The notes beneath the pieces were generated by a model that worked only from the letters and a program-made list of their open reading frames with translations, ran no database searches and was not told the DNA's origin. The position numbers were made by a program, and so were the translations under genes. A stretch of DNA of 27,768 nucleotides. Source: Burkholderiaceae bacterium (lineage in GTDB: Bacteria; Pseudomonadota; Gammaproteobacteria; Burkholderiales; Burkholderiaceae_C). Positions 17,022 to 27,768 of this stretch are shown piece after piece (position 1 is the first letter of the stretch; the number at the start of each line of letters is the position of its first letter). The stretch covers positions 1 through 27,768 of the forward strand of contig DATDES010000166.1 of NCBI GenBank assembly GCA_036522975.1, written 5' to 3'.

Positions 17022-17637
17022 AGCCGTCGCCGCCGCGGGCACCGGCTTCGCCCTCGGCGCGACCCTGATCATCGCCATCGGCGCCCAGAACGCCTTCGTG
17101 CTGCGCCAGGGCCTGCGGCGCGAGCATGTCGGCACCGTCGTCGCCTTCTGCGCCGCTGCCGATGCGCTGCTGATGACCCTCGGCGTGCTCGGCGCCGGCC
17201 GCGCGCTGACCGCGGCCCCGCAACTGGCGCGCTGGATGGCCGCGGCCGGCGCCCTGTTCCTGCTGCTCTATGGCCTGCGGGCCCTGCACCGCGCGTGGCG
17301 CCCCGCGTTCCTCGTCGCCGCCAGCCGGGATGGCCGCATGACGCGACGGGCCGCACTGGCGCAGGCGGCCGCCTTCACCCTGCTCAACCCGCACGTTTAC
17401 CTCGACACGGTGATGCTGGTCGGCGCGGTCGGCGCGCAGCAGAGCGTAGCAGTGCGCCCGGCCTTCCTGGTCGGCGCCTGCGCGGCCAGTGCGCTGTGGT
17501 TCGGTGGCCTGGGCTACGGCGCGCGCTGGCTCGCACCCTGGTTCGCGCAGCCCGCGGCGTGGCGCTGGCTCGACACGGTGGTTGGCCTGACGATGTTGCT
17601 GCTCGCCGCCGTGCTGGCGCGACACGCGCTGGCCTGA
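17008..17637 (+). CDS. LysE/ArgO-family amino acid exporter
   Basis: IAIGAQNAFVLRQG, TLLNPHVYLDTV, hydrophobic helices; the only candidate start is a GTG inside the regulator 3' end. Confidence 0.85.
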   Translation: MAAAEAVAAAGTGFALGATLIIAIGAQNAFVLRQGLRREHVGTVVAFCAAADALLMTLGVLGAGRALTAAPQLARWMAAAGALFLLLYGLRALHRAWRPAFLVAASRDGRMTRRAALAQAAAFTLLNPHVYLDTVMLVGAVGAQQSVAVRPAFLVGACAASALWFGGLGYGARWLAPWFAQPAAWRWLDTVVGLTMLLLAAVLARHALA

Positions 17638-17640
17638 ACG

Positions 17641-20600
17641 TCAGGCCAGCTTCGGGCGGATGCGCTGCCGCCAGTGCATCAGCGTGTCGTGCAGGCGCTG
17701 GGCGTCGATCGGCTTGGTCAGGAAGTCGCTCATCCCGCTGGCCAGGGCTTCGTCACGCTCCGAGGTCAGCGCTGCAGCGGTGAGCGCGATGATCGGCAGG
17801 CTGGCATGGCGACGGCGTAGCTTGCGGGTGGCCTCGTATCCGCCCAGCACGGGCATCTGCACGTCCATCAGGACCAGATCGAAGGGCATTGCGGCGTCGG
17901 CCTGGGCGTCGACCGCCGCGACCGCCTGCTCGCCGTTGCTGGCCTGCGCGACCGTGATGCCCCACTGTTCGAGCAGGGCCACCGCGATGAGCATGTTGAC
18001 CGGGTTGTCTTCGGCGATCAGCACCTGCAAGCCCGCCAGCGGGCCGCTGCACTCGGACAGCGCGCCAAAGGCGGGCACCGGCGCGGCCTCGGTGCTCGCC
18101 GGCATCGGCAGTTCGGCCCAGAATCGGCTGCCCTGGCCGGGCCGGCTATCGACCCCGACCTCGCCGCCCATCAACTGGGCCAGTTCGCGGCAGATCGACA
18201 GGCCCAGGCCCGTACCGCCGAACCGTCGGGTCGTCGAATCGTCGGCCTGCGTGAACGGCGTAAAAAGGCGGGCCTGCACCTCGGCTGTGATGCCAGGCCC
18301 GCTGTCCTGGACTTCGAAGCGCAACCGCCGGCCGTCGATCGGCCGGACCTCGATGCGCACACCGCCCCGCTCGGTGAACTTGAGTGCGTTGCTGAGGTAG
18401 TTGGACAACACCTGGCGCAGGCGCACCGAATCGGCGCGCACCCGCCGCGGCACGTTCGGGCGCACCGCCATCTCGAGCGTCAGCGAGCGCGCCTCGGCCA
18501 GGGCGCCGTAGCCCTGCTCGATCGACTCGAGCAAGGCATGGAGATCGAAGTCGGTCGCCTCCAGACGCAGCTTGCCGGCCTCGATCTTCGAGAGGTCCAG
18601 GATGTCGCTGATCACGCCCGACAGCGCCTGCGCGCTGTCGTCGATCTGCTGCAGGTAGCGCTCACGCCGGGCGGCGTCGAGTCCCGGCTGGCGCGCCAGG
18701 CGGGCCAGCCCGACCAGGCCATTCAACGGCGTACGGATCTCGTGGCTGGTATTGGCCAGGAAGGCGCTCTTGGCGCGGCTCGCAGCCTCGGCATCATCGC
18801 GCGCGCGCGCCAGCGCCTGCTCGACCTGGCGCCGTTCGGTGACGTCCTCGGCGAGCCAGATCGTCGCACCGCGGCCGGGGTGGTCCGGATCGATCGCACG
18901 CGCGAGCAGGCGGCAGACGAAGGTGCTGCCGTCTCGTCGAGCCATCACGCGCTCGAAGTCGATCGGCACGCCGCGCGCCAGCACCGGGTTCAGCTCGTCT
19001 CGCGCCGCCTGCAGGTCCTCCTGGCTGGGCCAGATGCTGACGTCCGGTTGGCCCGCCAGAGTGCCGACGGTCCAGCCGAACATCTGCTCGAAGGCCGGAT
19101 TGGCCAGCTGGAAGTGCCGGTCGCGCGTCATCGCGATGCCGATCGAGGCGTTCCGCAGGATCGCCTCGCGCTCCAGCCGCTCGCGCTCGCTGGCTGTCAC
19201 GTCGCGTCCGTTCAGCACCAGGTAGTCACGGCCTTCGAGCGTGAAGCGCGCCGCCGAGACGATCAGCGACAGTTCACGCCCCCGACGGTCGACGAACTGC
19301 ACCGCCTGGTCGCGCACCTCGCCCGTCGAGTTGACGTCGCGCAGGAAGCGCTGGCGCGCCTCGCTGTCGGGCCACGCACCCAGCTCCGTGGCGGTCCTGC
19401 CGACGGCTTCGTCGCGGCCCCAGCCACTGACCCGCAGGAAGGCGTCGTTGACCATCACATACCGCCCGGTGGCCAGGTCGGTGAGGGTGATCAGGTCGGG
19501 GCTGGTGGCCACCAGGTGGGTCATCAGGGCCTCGGAGCGCACGCGCGAGGCCTCGGCGCGCAAGCGCACCGTTTCGTCGTGATAGATCGACAGGATGGCC
19601 GAGCCGCCGGCCGTGTCGATCTTGACGCTGGTGACCTGGGCGACGATGCGCCGCCCGTGCGAGTTGCGCAGCACGAACTGCTGCGGCGGCATCGACTCGC
19701 CCACCGCCTGCTCGGTCAGTACTCGCGCCCGTCCGGCAGCCCTCTGACGCGAGCCGTCGCCATCGTCGTAAAAGTCGAGCAGGTTGCGACCGATCAGCGC
19801 CGCGGTATCGGACGCCCCGAACAGCGTCAGCGCCGCGTCGTTCGCGTCCAGAACATGGGTGTCCCGGTGCAGGACCAGGGGTGAGGGCGAGCGGGCAAAC
19901 AGTTCGCGGTAGCGAGCCTCGGTCGCCACCCGCCCCATCTCGGCCTGCTTTTCGGCAGTGACGTCGCGACCGACACCCCAGTAGCCAAGGAAGACGCCAC
20001 GGGCATTGAAGCGTGGCCGCCCGCTGACGGTGTACCAATGCGCCACGCCGTTCGCGTCGCTGCGCTGCAACAGCAGGTCGACAAAGGGCTGGTGCGATTC
20101 GAGGTCGGCGCGGTGGGCGTCCATGGCCGCCGCATCGAGCCCGAAGTTCTCGATCTCCCAGGGCGCCTTGCCCTGCCGTCGCGCGGGCTGCAGGCCCGAG
20201 CCGCCACTCGAATGCTCCGAGACATGGGTGAAGCGAAACGAGGCGTCCATCTCCCAGTACCAGTCCGCCGCGACCGCCAGCAGGCCGGCGAAGCGCAGCT
20301 CGCGCAAGCGTGCGCGCGCCCCGCTGCGTGCCACCGCGCGCGCCAGCACCAGGCCGGCGGCAAGGCCTGAGGCCAGCAACAGCAGGTGGGTCAGCGCGCG
20401 CAGCGCGAGCAGGTAGGCGTCCGGGTCCGGCATCCCCGGAACCCAGCCCGCCTGCCCGGCGAAGGCCAGTCCGAGCACCACCAAGGCGCAGACACCGGTA
20501 ACGGCCAGCGCCAGGCGCGGTCCGAGCAGCACCGGCATCAGGCAAACCACCAGCGGCAGAAAGGCCAGGCCGACCGAATGCACGCCCAGGCCGAGGCTGA

Positions 20601-20913
20601 TCGTACTGATCGTGACGGCAGCGATCACGCCACTGACCGCGGCGAGCACGGCGGCCCGCGGCGACAGGCGTGCACGCACCGGCCGGCGATTGAGCAGCCC
20701 CGCCACCAGGGCCAGCCCTGCGCAGCTCGCACTGACTAGCAGGCGTTGCCACAGCGGGGCAGCGATCGCGGCGACTGCGAACAGAACCGCCCCCACGGCG
20801 CCCAACACCATCACCGCATTGACGAAGCGGCGCGACAGGTCGGCACTGAACGCCGCGTCGACACTGTCCGGGCCCAGCAGGCCCGTCGTTGCGCCGAACT
20901 CGGATTCGGACAC
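17641..20913 (-). CDS. Membrane-anchored hybrid sensor histidine kinase (~6 TM, four PAS/PAC, HisKA, HATPase, receiver)
   Basis: FLANTSHEIRTPLNG H-box, QVLSNYLSNALKFT, DSGPGI, GGTGLGL, DLVLMDVQMP; start assumed at GTG 20913 just after the pyrF stop. Confidence 0.88.
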   Translation of the reverse strand: MSESEFGATTGLLGPDSVDAAFSADLSRRFVNAVMVLGAVGAVLFAVAAIAAPLWQRLLVSASCAGLALVAGLLNRRPVRARLSPRAAVLAAVSGVIAAVTISTISLGLGVHSVGLAFLPLVVCLMPVLLGPRLALAVTGVCALVVLGLAFAGQAGWVPGMPDPDAYLLALRALTHLLLLASGLAAGLVLARAVARSGARARLRELRFAGLLAVAADWYWEMDASFRFTHVSEHSSGGSGLQPARRQGKAPWEIENFGLDAAAMDAHRADLESHQPFVDLLLQRSDANGVAHWYTVSGRPRFNARGVFLGYWGVGRDVTAEKQAEMGRVATEARYRELFARSPSPLVLHRDTHVLDANDAALTLFGASDTAALIGRNLLDFYDDGDGSRQRAAGRARVLTEQAVGESMPPQQFVLRNSHGRRIVAQVTSVKIDTAGGSAILSIYHDETVRLRAEASRVRSEALMTHLVATSPDLITLTDLATGRYVMVNDAFLRVSGWGRDEAVGRTATELGAWPDSEARQRFLRDVNSTGEVRDQAVQFVDRRGRELSLIVSAARFTLEGRDYLVLNGRDVTASERERLEREAILRNASIGIAMTRDRHFQLANPAFEQMFGWTVGTLAGQPDVSIWPSQEDLQAARDELNPVLARGVPIDFERVMARRDGSTFVCRLLARAIDPDHPGRGATIWLAEDVTERRQVEQALARARDDAEAASRAKSAFLANTSHEIRTPLNGLVGLARLARQPGLDAARRERYLQQIDDSAQALSGVISDILDLSKIEAGKLRLEATDFDLHALLESIEQGYGALAEARSLTLEMAVRPNVPRRVRADSVRLRQVLSNYLSNALKFTERGGVRIEVRPIDGRRLRFEVQDSGPGITAEVQARLFTPFTQADDSTTRRFGGTGLGLSICRELAQLMGGEVGVDSRPGQGSRFWAELPMPASTEAAPVPAFGALSECSGPLAGLQVLIAEDNPVNMLIAVALLEQWGITVAQASNGEQAVAAVDAQADAAMPFDLVLMDVQMPVLGGYEATRKLRRRHASLPIIALTAAALTSERDEALASGMSDFLTKPIDAQRLHDTLMHWRQRIRPKLA

Positions 20914-20921
20914 CGCTGCGC

Positions 20922-21746
20922 TCAGGTGCAAGCCGCGCGTGCGGCCGCCAGCAGATCGCGGGTGCTGCGCGCGGCCTCGCGCGCCGCCACCGCGAAGTCC
21001 TTTCCGGCGCCAGCGTAGAGCACCGCGCGCGACGAGTTGACGACGATCGGCCCGGTCGACCGCCATCCCGCTGTGACAGTCGCGCGGGCGTCACCCCCCT
21101 GCGCGCCAATGCCCGGGATCAGCAGCAACAGCTCGGGCGCCAGCTCGCGCACCCGGGCCACCTCGGCCGGGAAGGTCGCGCCGACCACCAGGCCGAGCCG
21201 GCCGCTCCTGTTCCAGGGCCCGGCCGCGAGCCGGGCGATGTGTTCGAACAGCAGGTCGCCCGACGCCAGGGGCTGGTTCTGCAGGTCGCTGCCACCGGGG
21301 TTGGACGTGCGGCAAAGCAGGATCAGCCCGCGGCCGTCGTAGCCGAGGTAGGGCTCGATTGAGTCGAAGCCCATGAACGGCGACAACGTGACCGCATCGG
21401 CCTGGTAGCGCACGAAGGCCTCGCGCGCATACTGCTCGGCGGTGCTGCCGATGTCGCCGCGCTTGGCGTCGAGGATCACCGGTACGTCAGGCGCCACCCG
21501 GCGGATGTAGGCGATCAGCCGCTCGAGTGGTTCCTCCGCGCGCTGGGCAGCGAAGTAAGCGATCTGCGGCTTGTAGGCGCAGACCAGATCCTTGGTCGCG
21601 TCGACGATGCGGGCGCAGAAATCGAAGATTCGCATCGCGTCGCCACGCCAGGGCGCGGGAAAGCGTTCCGGTTCAGGGTCGAGGCCGACGCAGAGCAATG
21701 AATCGCGCCGCGCCTGGAGCTGCTGCAGTTGCGCCAGGAAGGCCAT
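20922..21746 (-). CDS. pyrF: Orotidine-5'-phosphate decarboxylase (type 2)
   Basis: LCVGLDP, AYKPQIAYF, ILDAKRGDIGSTA, LCRTSNPG, LIPGIGAQGG, VNSSR. Confidence 0.96.
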   Translation of the reverse strand: MAFLAQLQQLQARRDSLLCVGLDPEPERFPAPWRGDAMRIFDFCARIVDATKDLVCAYKPQIAYFAAQRAEEPLERLIAYIRRVAPDVPVILDAKRGDIGSTAEQYAREAFVRYQADAVTLSPFMGFDSIEPYLGYDGRGLILLCRTSNPGGSDLQNQPLASGDLLFEHIARLAAGPWNRSGRLGLVVGATFPAEVARVRELAPELLLLIPGIGAQGGDARATVTAGWRSTGPIVVNSSRAVLYAGAGKDFAVAAREAARSTRDLLAAARAACT

Positions 21747-21749
21747 CGC

Positions 21750-24525
<2,776 letters not shown>

Positions 24526-24627
24526 GGCGGCGAGGAGCGACAGCGAACCGCTGCGCACGTCCGGGGACGCCGGGCGCTCGGATGGTACGAAGCCCCGATG
24601 CGGTGTCAAACCCGGATATGCGGCCCC

Positions 24628-24654
24628 TTGCGCGCCACTGGCCGCCGCTATACT
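24628..24654 (+). promoter_or_regulatory. Putative sigma70 promoter for metXW (TTGCGC...TATACT)
   Basis: TATACT at 24649-24654 places the start site just before the riboswitch; the 15-bp spacer to TTGCGC is short. Confidence 0.5.
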
Positions 24655-24663
24655 GCGTTGCAC

Positions 24664-24715
24664 AGCGCCGATTTGTTCCAGATTGCGGGCGCTTTATCAA
24701 ATACCGCTAAAAGGG
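24664..24715 (+). ncRNA. SAM-II riboswitch
   Basis: AGCGCC/GGCGCU P1 stem, GAUUUG after P1 5' strand, loop AUUGCG, AAAU linker, 3' GCUAAA plus AGGG; upstream of metX, the typical SAM-II context. Confidence 0.85.
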
Positions 24716-24720
24716 ACATC

Positions 24721-24752
24721 GAGCCGGTGTCCGCTTTCAGCGGCACCGGTTT
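24721..24752 (+). promoter_or_regulatory. Strong hairpin between riboswitch and metX start (possible terminator or expression platform)
   Basis: GAGCCGGTG-T-CCGCT-TTC-AGCGG-CACCGGTTT stem; only a short T run follows. Confidence 0.5.
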
Positions 24753-24760
24753 TCCCATTC

Positions 24761-25882
24761 ATGGCATCGATCGGCAACGTCACCGCGCAATCCCTGCGCT
24801 TCACCGAACCGCTGGCGCTGACCAGCGGCGCGGCGCTGGCCGACTACGACCTGGTCTATGAAACCTACGGTCGGCTCAACGCCGACAACAGCAATGCGGT
24901 GCTGGTGTGCCATGCGCTGAACGCCTCGCACCACGTCGCCGGCGTCGACGGCCTGGGCGACCTCGGCTGGTGGGACAACCTGGTGGGGCCCGGCAAGCCG
25001 CTCGACACCGACCGCTTCTTCGTCATCGGCGTCAACAACCCCGGCTCCTGCTTCGGCTCGACCGGGCCAATGCACCCGAACCCGGCCACCGGCAGGCTCT
25101 ATGGCGCCGACTTTCCGGTCGTGACCGTCGAAGACTGGGTCGACGCGCAGGCGCGGCTGATCGACCGTCTGGGCATCACGCAATTGGCCGGCGTGCTCGG
25201 CGGCAGCCTGGGCGGGATGCAGGCCCTGGCCTGGGCGCTGCGCTACCCGGACCGCATCCGCCACTGCATCGGCGTGGCGACCGCACCAAATCTATCGGCC
25301 GAGAACATCGCCTTCAACGAGATCGCGCGCCGCGCCATCATCACCGACCCCGAGTTCCACGGCGGCCATTTCTACGAGCATGGCGTGCTGCCGCGGCGCG
25401 GCCTGCGCATCGCGCGCATGATTGGCCACGTCACCTACCTGTCCGACGACGTGATGGGCAGCAAATTCGGTCGCAAGCTGCGCGACGGCGCGATCTCCTT
25501 CGACTACGACGTCGAGTTCGAGATCGAAAGCTACCTGCGGCATCAAGGTGACAAGTTCAGCGACTACTTCGACGCCAACACCTACCTGCTGATCACGCGC
25601 GCGCTGGACTATTTCGACCCGGCCTCGACCTTCGGAGGCGATCTGGCCCGTACCTTCGCCGCGGTGCGGGCCAAGTTCTTGCTGGTCAGTTTCAGCACGG
25701 ACTGGCGCTTCTCGCCGGCACGCTCGCGCGAGATCGTCAAAGCCCTGGTCGATGGCAAGCACCGCGTCAGCTACGCCGAGATCGACGCCCCGCACGGCCA
25801 CGACGCCTTCCTACTCGACGATCCGCGCTATTTCGCCGTGATGCGCAGCTACTTCGAACGCATGGCCCGTGAATTCGCATGA
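24761..25882 (+). CDS. metX: Homoserine O-acyltransferase (acetyl or succinyl; MetX family)
   Basis: [36 protein letters not shown] nucleophile elbow, HGHDAFLL. Confidence 0.95.
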   Translation: MASIGNVTAQSLRFTEPLALTSGAALADYDLVYETYGRLNADNSNAVLVCHALNASHHVAGVDGLGDLGWWDNLVGPGKPLDTDRFFVIGVNNPGSCFGSTGPMHPNPATGRLYGADFPVVTVEDWVDAQARLIDRLGITQLAGVLGGSLGGMQALAWALRYPDRIRHCIGVATAPNLSAENIAFNEIARRAIITDPEFHGGHFYEHGVLPRRGLRIARMIGHVTYLSDDVMGSKFGRKLRDGAISFDYDVEFEIESYLRHQGDKFSDYFDANTYLLITRALDYFDPASTFGGDLARTFAAVRAKFLLVSFSTDWRFSPARSREIVKALVDGKHRVSYAEIDAPHGHDAFLLDDPRYFAVMRSYFERMAREFA

Positions 25883-26466
25883 GTGAACGCAAGGACCTCG
25901 AGTTGATCGCCGAACTGGTGCCGCAGGGCAGCCGCGTGCTCGACCTGGGCTGTGGCGGCGGCGAGTTGCTGGCGCACCTGATCGAGCACCGCCGGTGCAG
26001 CGGCTACGGCATCGAGCTGGCCGACGCCAACGTCCATGCCTCGCTGGCCCGCGGCATCGACGTGATCCAGTTCAACCTCGAGGACGGTCTGGCCCTGTTC
26101 GAGGACCGGAGCTTCGACGTGGTGCTCCAGCTCGACACCTTGCAGCACCTGCGCAACACCGAGAAGATGCTGCGCGAGACAGCACGCGTCGGGCGCATCG
26201 GCATCGTCAGCTTCCCGAACTTCGCGCATTGGCCGAACCGGCTGCACGTCGCCAGCGGGCGCATGCCGGTGACGAAAATCCTGCCCTACCAGTGGTACGA
26301 CACGCCCAACATCCGCGTCGGCACCTATGCCGATTTCGAGGTGCTGGCGCGCAAGAATGGCCTGACGATCCTGGACAGCTTCGGCCTGCAGGACGGGCGG
26401 GCGGTGCGCCGGTGGCCGAACCTGCGTGCCAGCGTGGCGGTGTTCAAGTTCGAGCGCCAATCCTGA
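25879..26466 (+). CDS. metW: Methionine biosynthesis protein MetW (methyltransferase-like)
   Basis: [31 protein letters not shown]; ATGA overlap with metX. Confidence 0.95.
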   Translation: MSERKDLELIAELVPQGSRVLDLGCGGGELLAHLIEHRRCSGYGIELADANVHASLARGIDVIQFNLEDGLALFEDRSFDVVLQLDTLQHLRNTEKMLRETARVGRIGIVSFPNFAHWPNRLHVASGRMPVTKILPYQWYDTPNIRVGTYADFEVLARKNGLTILDSFGLQDGRAVRRWPNLRASVAVFKFERQS

Positions 26467-26508
26467 CCCGAGGAACAAGCTCGACGTGTCCTGCTACACC
26501 TCAAGCCC

Positions 26509-27681
26509 TCAGTTCGCCCGCGTCGCCGCCGGCAGGCGCGCCAGCTTGCCGGCGTAGATAGCCCGCTCGCGCCGCGTCGTGCTGTTGTCCATGGCTCGTG
26601 TCAGGTGCTCGCGCGCACCGGCCGCGTCGCCCAGCCCGGCCAGAGCCACGGCCAGCCAGAAATGCAGCTCGTGGTAGTCGGGGTCGCGCTTCAGTTCGCG
26701 CAGGATGTGATCGCGCGCGGCCCCGTAGTCGCCGGCGATCGCGGCAGTCCGGCCGAGGTCGAAGTGGCGGAAGGGCGGATCCCGCTCGAGGCGCGCCAGG
26801 CGCTCGTGCAGGGGCGCTGATTCGACACTGCGATCCTGCGCATCCAGCAGCTTGGCCAGGTTGCGCAGCGCGTTGGGATTGTTTAACTGGCGCTCAAGAG
26901 AAGCCTGGAAGGCCCGTTCGGCGAGCACGTCGAGTCCACGCCGCTGGTAGATCACGCCCAAGGTGTTGAATCCGCTCGGGTAGCTCGGATCCTGCCGGAT
27001 GGCTTCCCGCGCATAGGCGTAGGCATCGGCCAAGTTCTCGCCCACCAGAGATTCGGCAGCGCGGTTGGTCATGAACATGGCGACAACGGTCTGCTCTGTC
27101 AGTGGTTCCAATTTCACTCTGCGACCCCGCGGAAGAGGCCCGAAGGTCAGGCGCAATTGGGTATCCGAATCAAGCCCCGGCACGATGTCGACCACCCGCT
27201 TGCCAACGGCGATGTTCACGTGGCCGTTTACCAGGGTCAACCCACTGCTGCGGCTCCAGGTTTCGTAGCCAAGCACGGCCTGATAAGTCACCGGCAGGTG
27301 CAGGTACTTGGCCAACGCGGCCGTCATGACGACCAAGGCCAGGCAGTTGCCGGAGCGCGCGTCGAAGGCCTCGGCGGCATTGCGCGTGCCTTCGGCGTCG
27401 TAGTCCAGCTTCAGTTGCGCGCGGTTGTACAGCGCGTCGACGAGGCCGCGTTGCGGGCCCAACCTGCGAATCTGCGGCGCAATCTCGACCTCCAGGTAGC
27501 GCTTCATCGCCGGGCTTATCGCAAACACCTCGGCCGGGTCGATGCGCTGAGAGGGCGCCTCAAACGCGCTGTCGTCGAACAGCGCTGTTGGCACTGCCGG
27601 CGCAGCGCGCTCGTTCATCAACGCGCATCCGGACAGCAGCTGTGTGCCGAGCACCCAAGCCAACAGGCCCATTCGCTTCAT
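26509..27681 (-). CDS. Predicted lipoprotein with transglutaminase-like (Cys/His) domain and C-terminal TPR repeats
   Basis: GGAGG RBS; lipobox LSGC; GNCLALV and NGHVNI motifs; TPR-like FNTLGVIYQRRG, ALRNLAKLL, HFWLAVALAGLG. Confidence 0.75.
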   Translation of the reverse strand: MKRMGLLAWVLGTQLLSGCALMNERAAPAVPTALFDDSAFEAPSQRIDPAEVFAISPAMKRYLEVEIAPQIRRLGPQRGLVDALYNRAQLKLDYDAEGTRNAAEAFDARSGNCLALVVMTAALAKYLHLPVTYQAVLGYETWSRSSGLTLVNGHVNIAVGKRVVDIVPGLDSDTQLRLTFGPLPRGRRVKLEPLTEQTVVAMFMTNRAAESLVGENLADAYAYAREAIRQDPSYPSGFNTLGVIYQRRGLDVLAERAFQASLERQLNNPNALRNLAKLLDAQDRSVESAPLHERLARLERDPPFRHFDLGRTAAIAGDYGAARDHILRELKRDPDYHELHFWLAVALAGLGDAAGAREHLTRAMDNSTTRRERAIYAGKLARLPAATRAN

Positions 27682-27768
27682 GGCGGCCTCCAAGCGACAA
27701 TCGCGTCGATGCATGGTAGGCCTTATGCCGCCTGCGTTTCAACCCTCGACACCGCCGTTCATCCCTCC

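Noticed and set aside
24526-24627. Short stems after GST (e.g. CAGCG-AAC-CGCTG) as a third repeat copy or terminator
   Set aside because: No ACCCCC or GCCCCC/GGGGGC core and no U-tract; short stems are expected by chance at high GC

Overview
High-GC betaproteobacterial DNA, probably Burkholderiales (inferred from gene content and style). The central block (3099-17637) is a ~12-gene minus-strand operon with a divergent LacI/GntR-type regulator. A generic annotation would call it a pentose or sugar-acid cluster, but its protein motifs fit sulfoquinovose (SQ) catabolism by the sulfoglycolytic Entner-Doudoroff (sulfo-ED) route. In transcription order it encodes an SG dehydratase, KDSG aldolase, SmoF-like SQ/SQ-glycerol ABC importer, GH188-type NAD+-dependent sulfoquinovosidase, mutarotase, lactonase and SQ dehydrogenase. 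DUF1697 and glpD follow, and no sulfolactaldehyde-processing enzyme is present in the window. The flanks are mostly housekeeping: a DsbD/ScsB-redoxin pair, a multi-PAS hybrid kinase, pyrF, purB, upp, GST, a SAM-II riboswitch ahead of metX-metW, and a TPR/transglutaminase-like lipoprotein. A small multi-hairpin repeat occurs at least twice; one copy has split an ATGA gene overlap and created a 27-aa bridging mini-ORF. Family assignments rest on motifs and my recollection of reference proteins; no searches were run.
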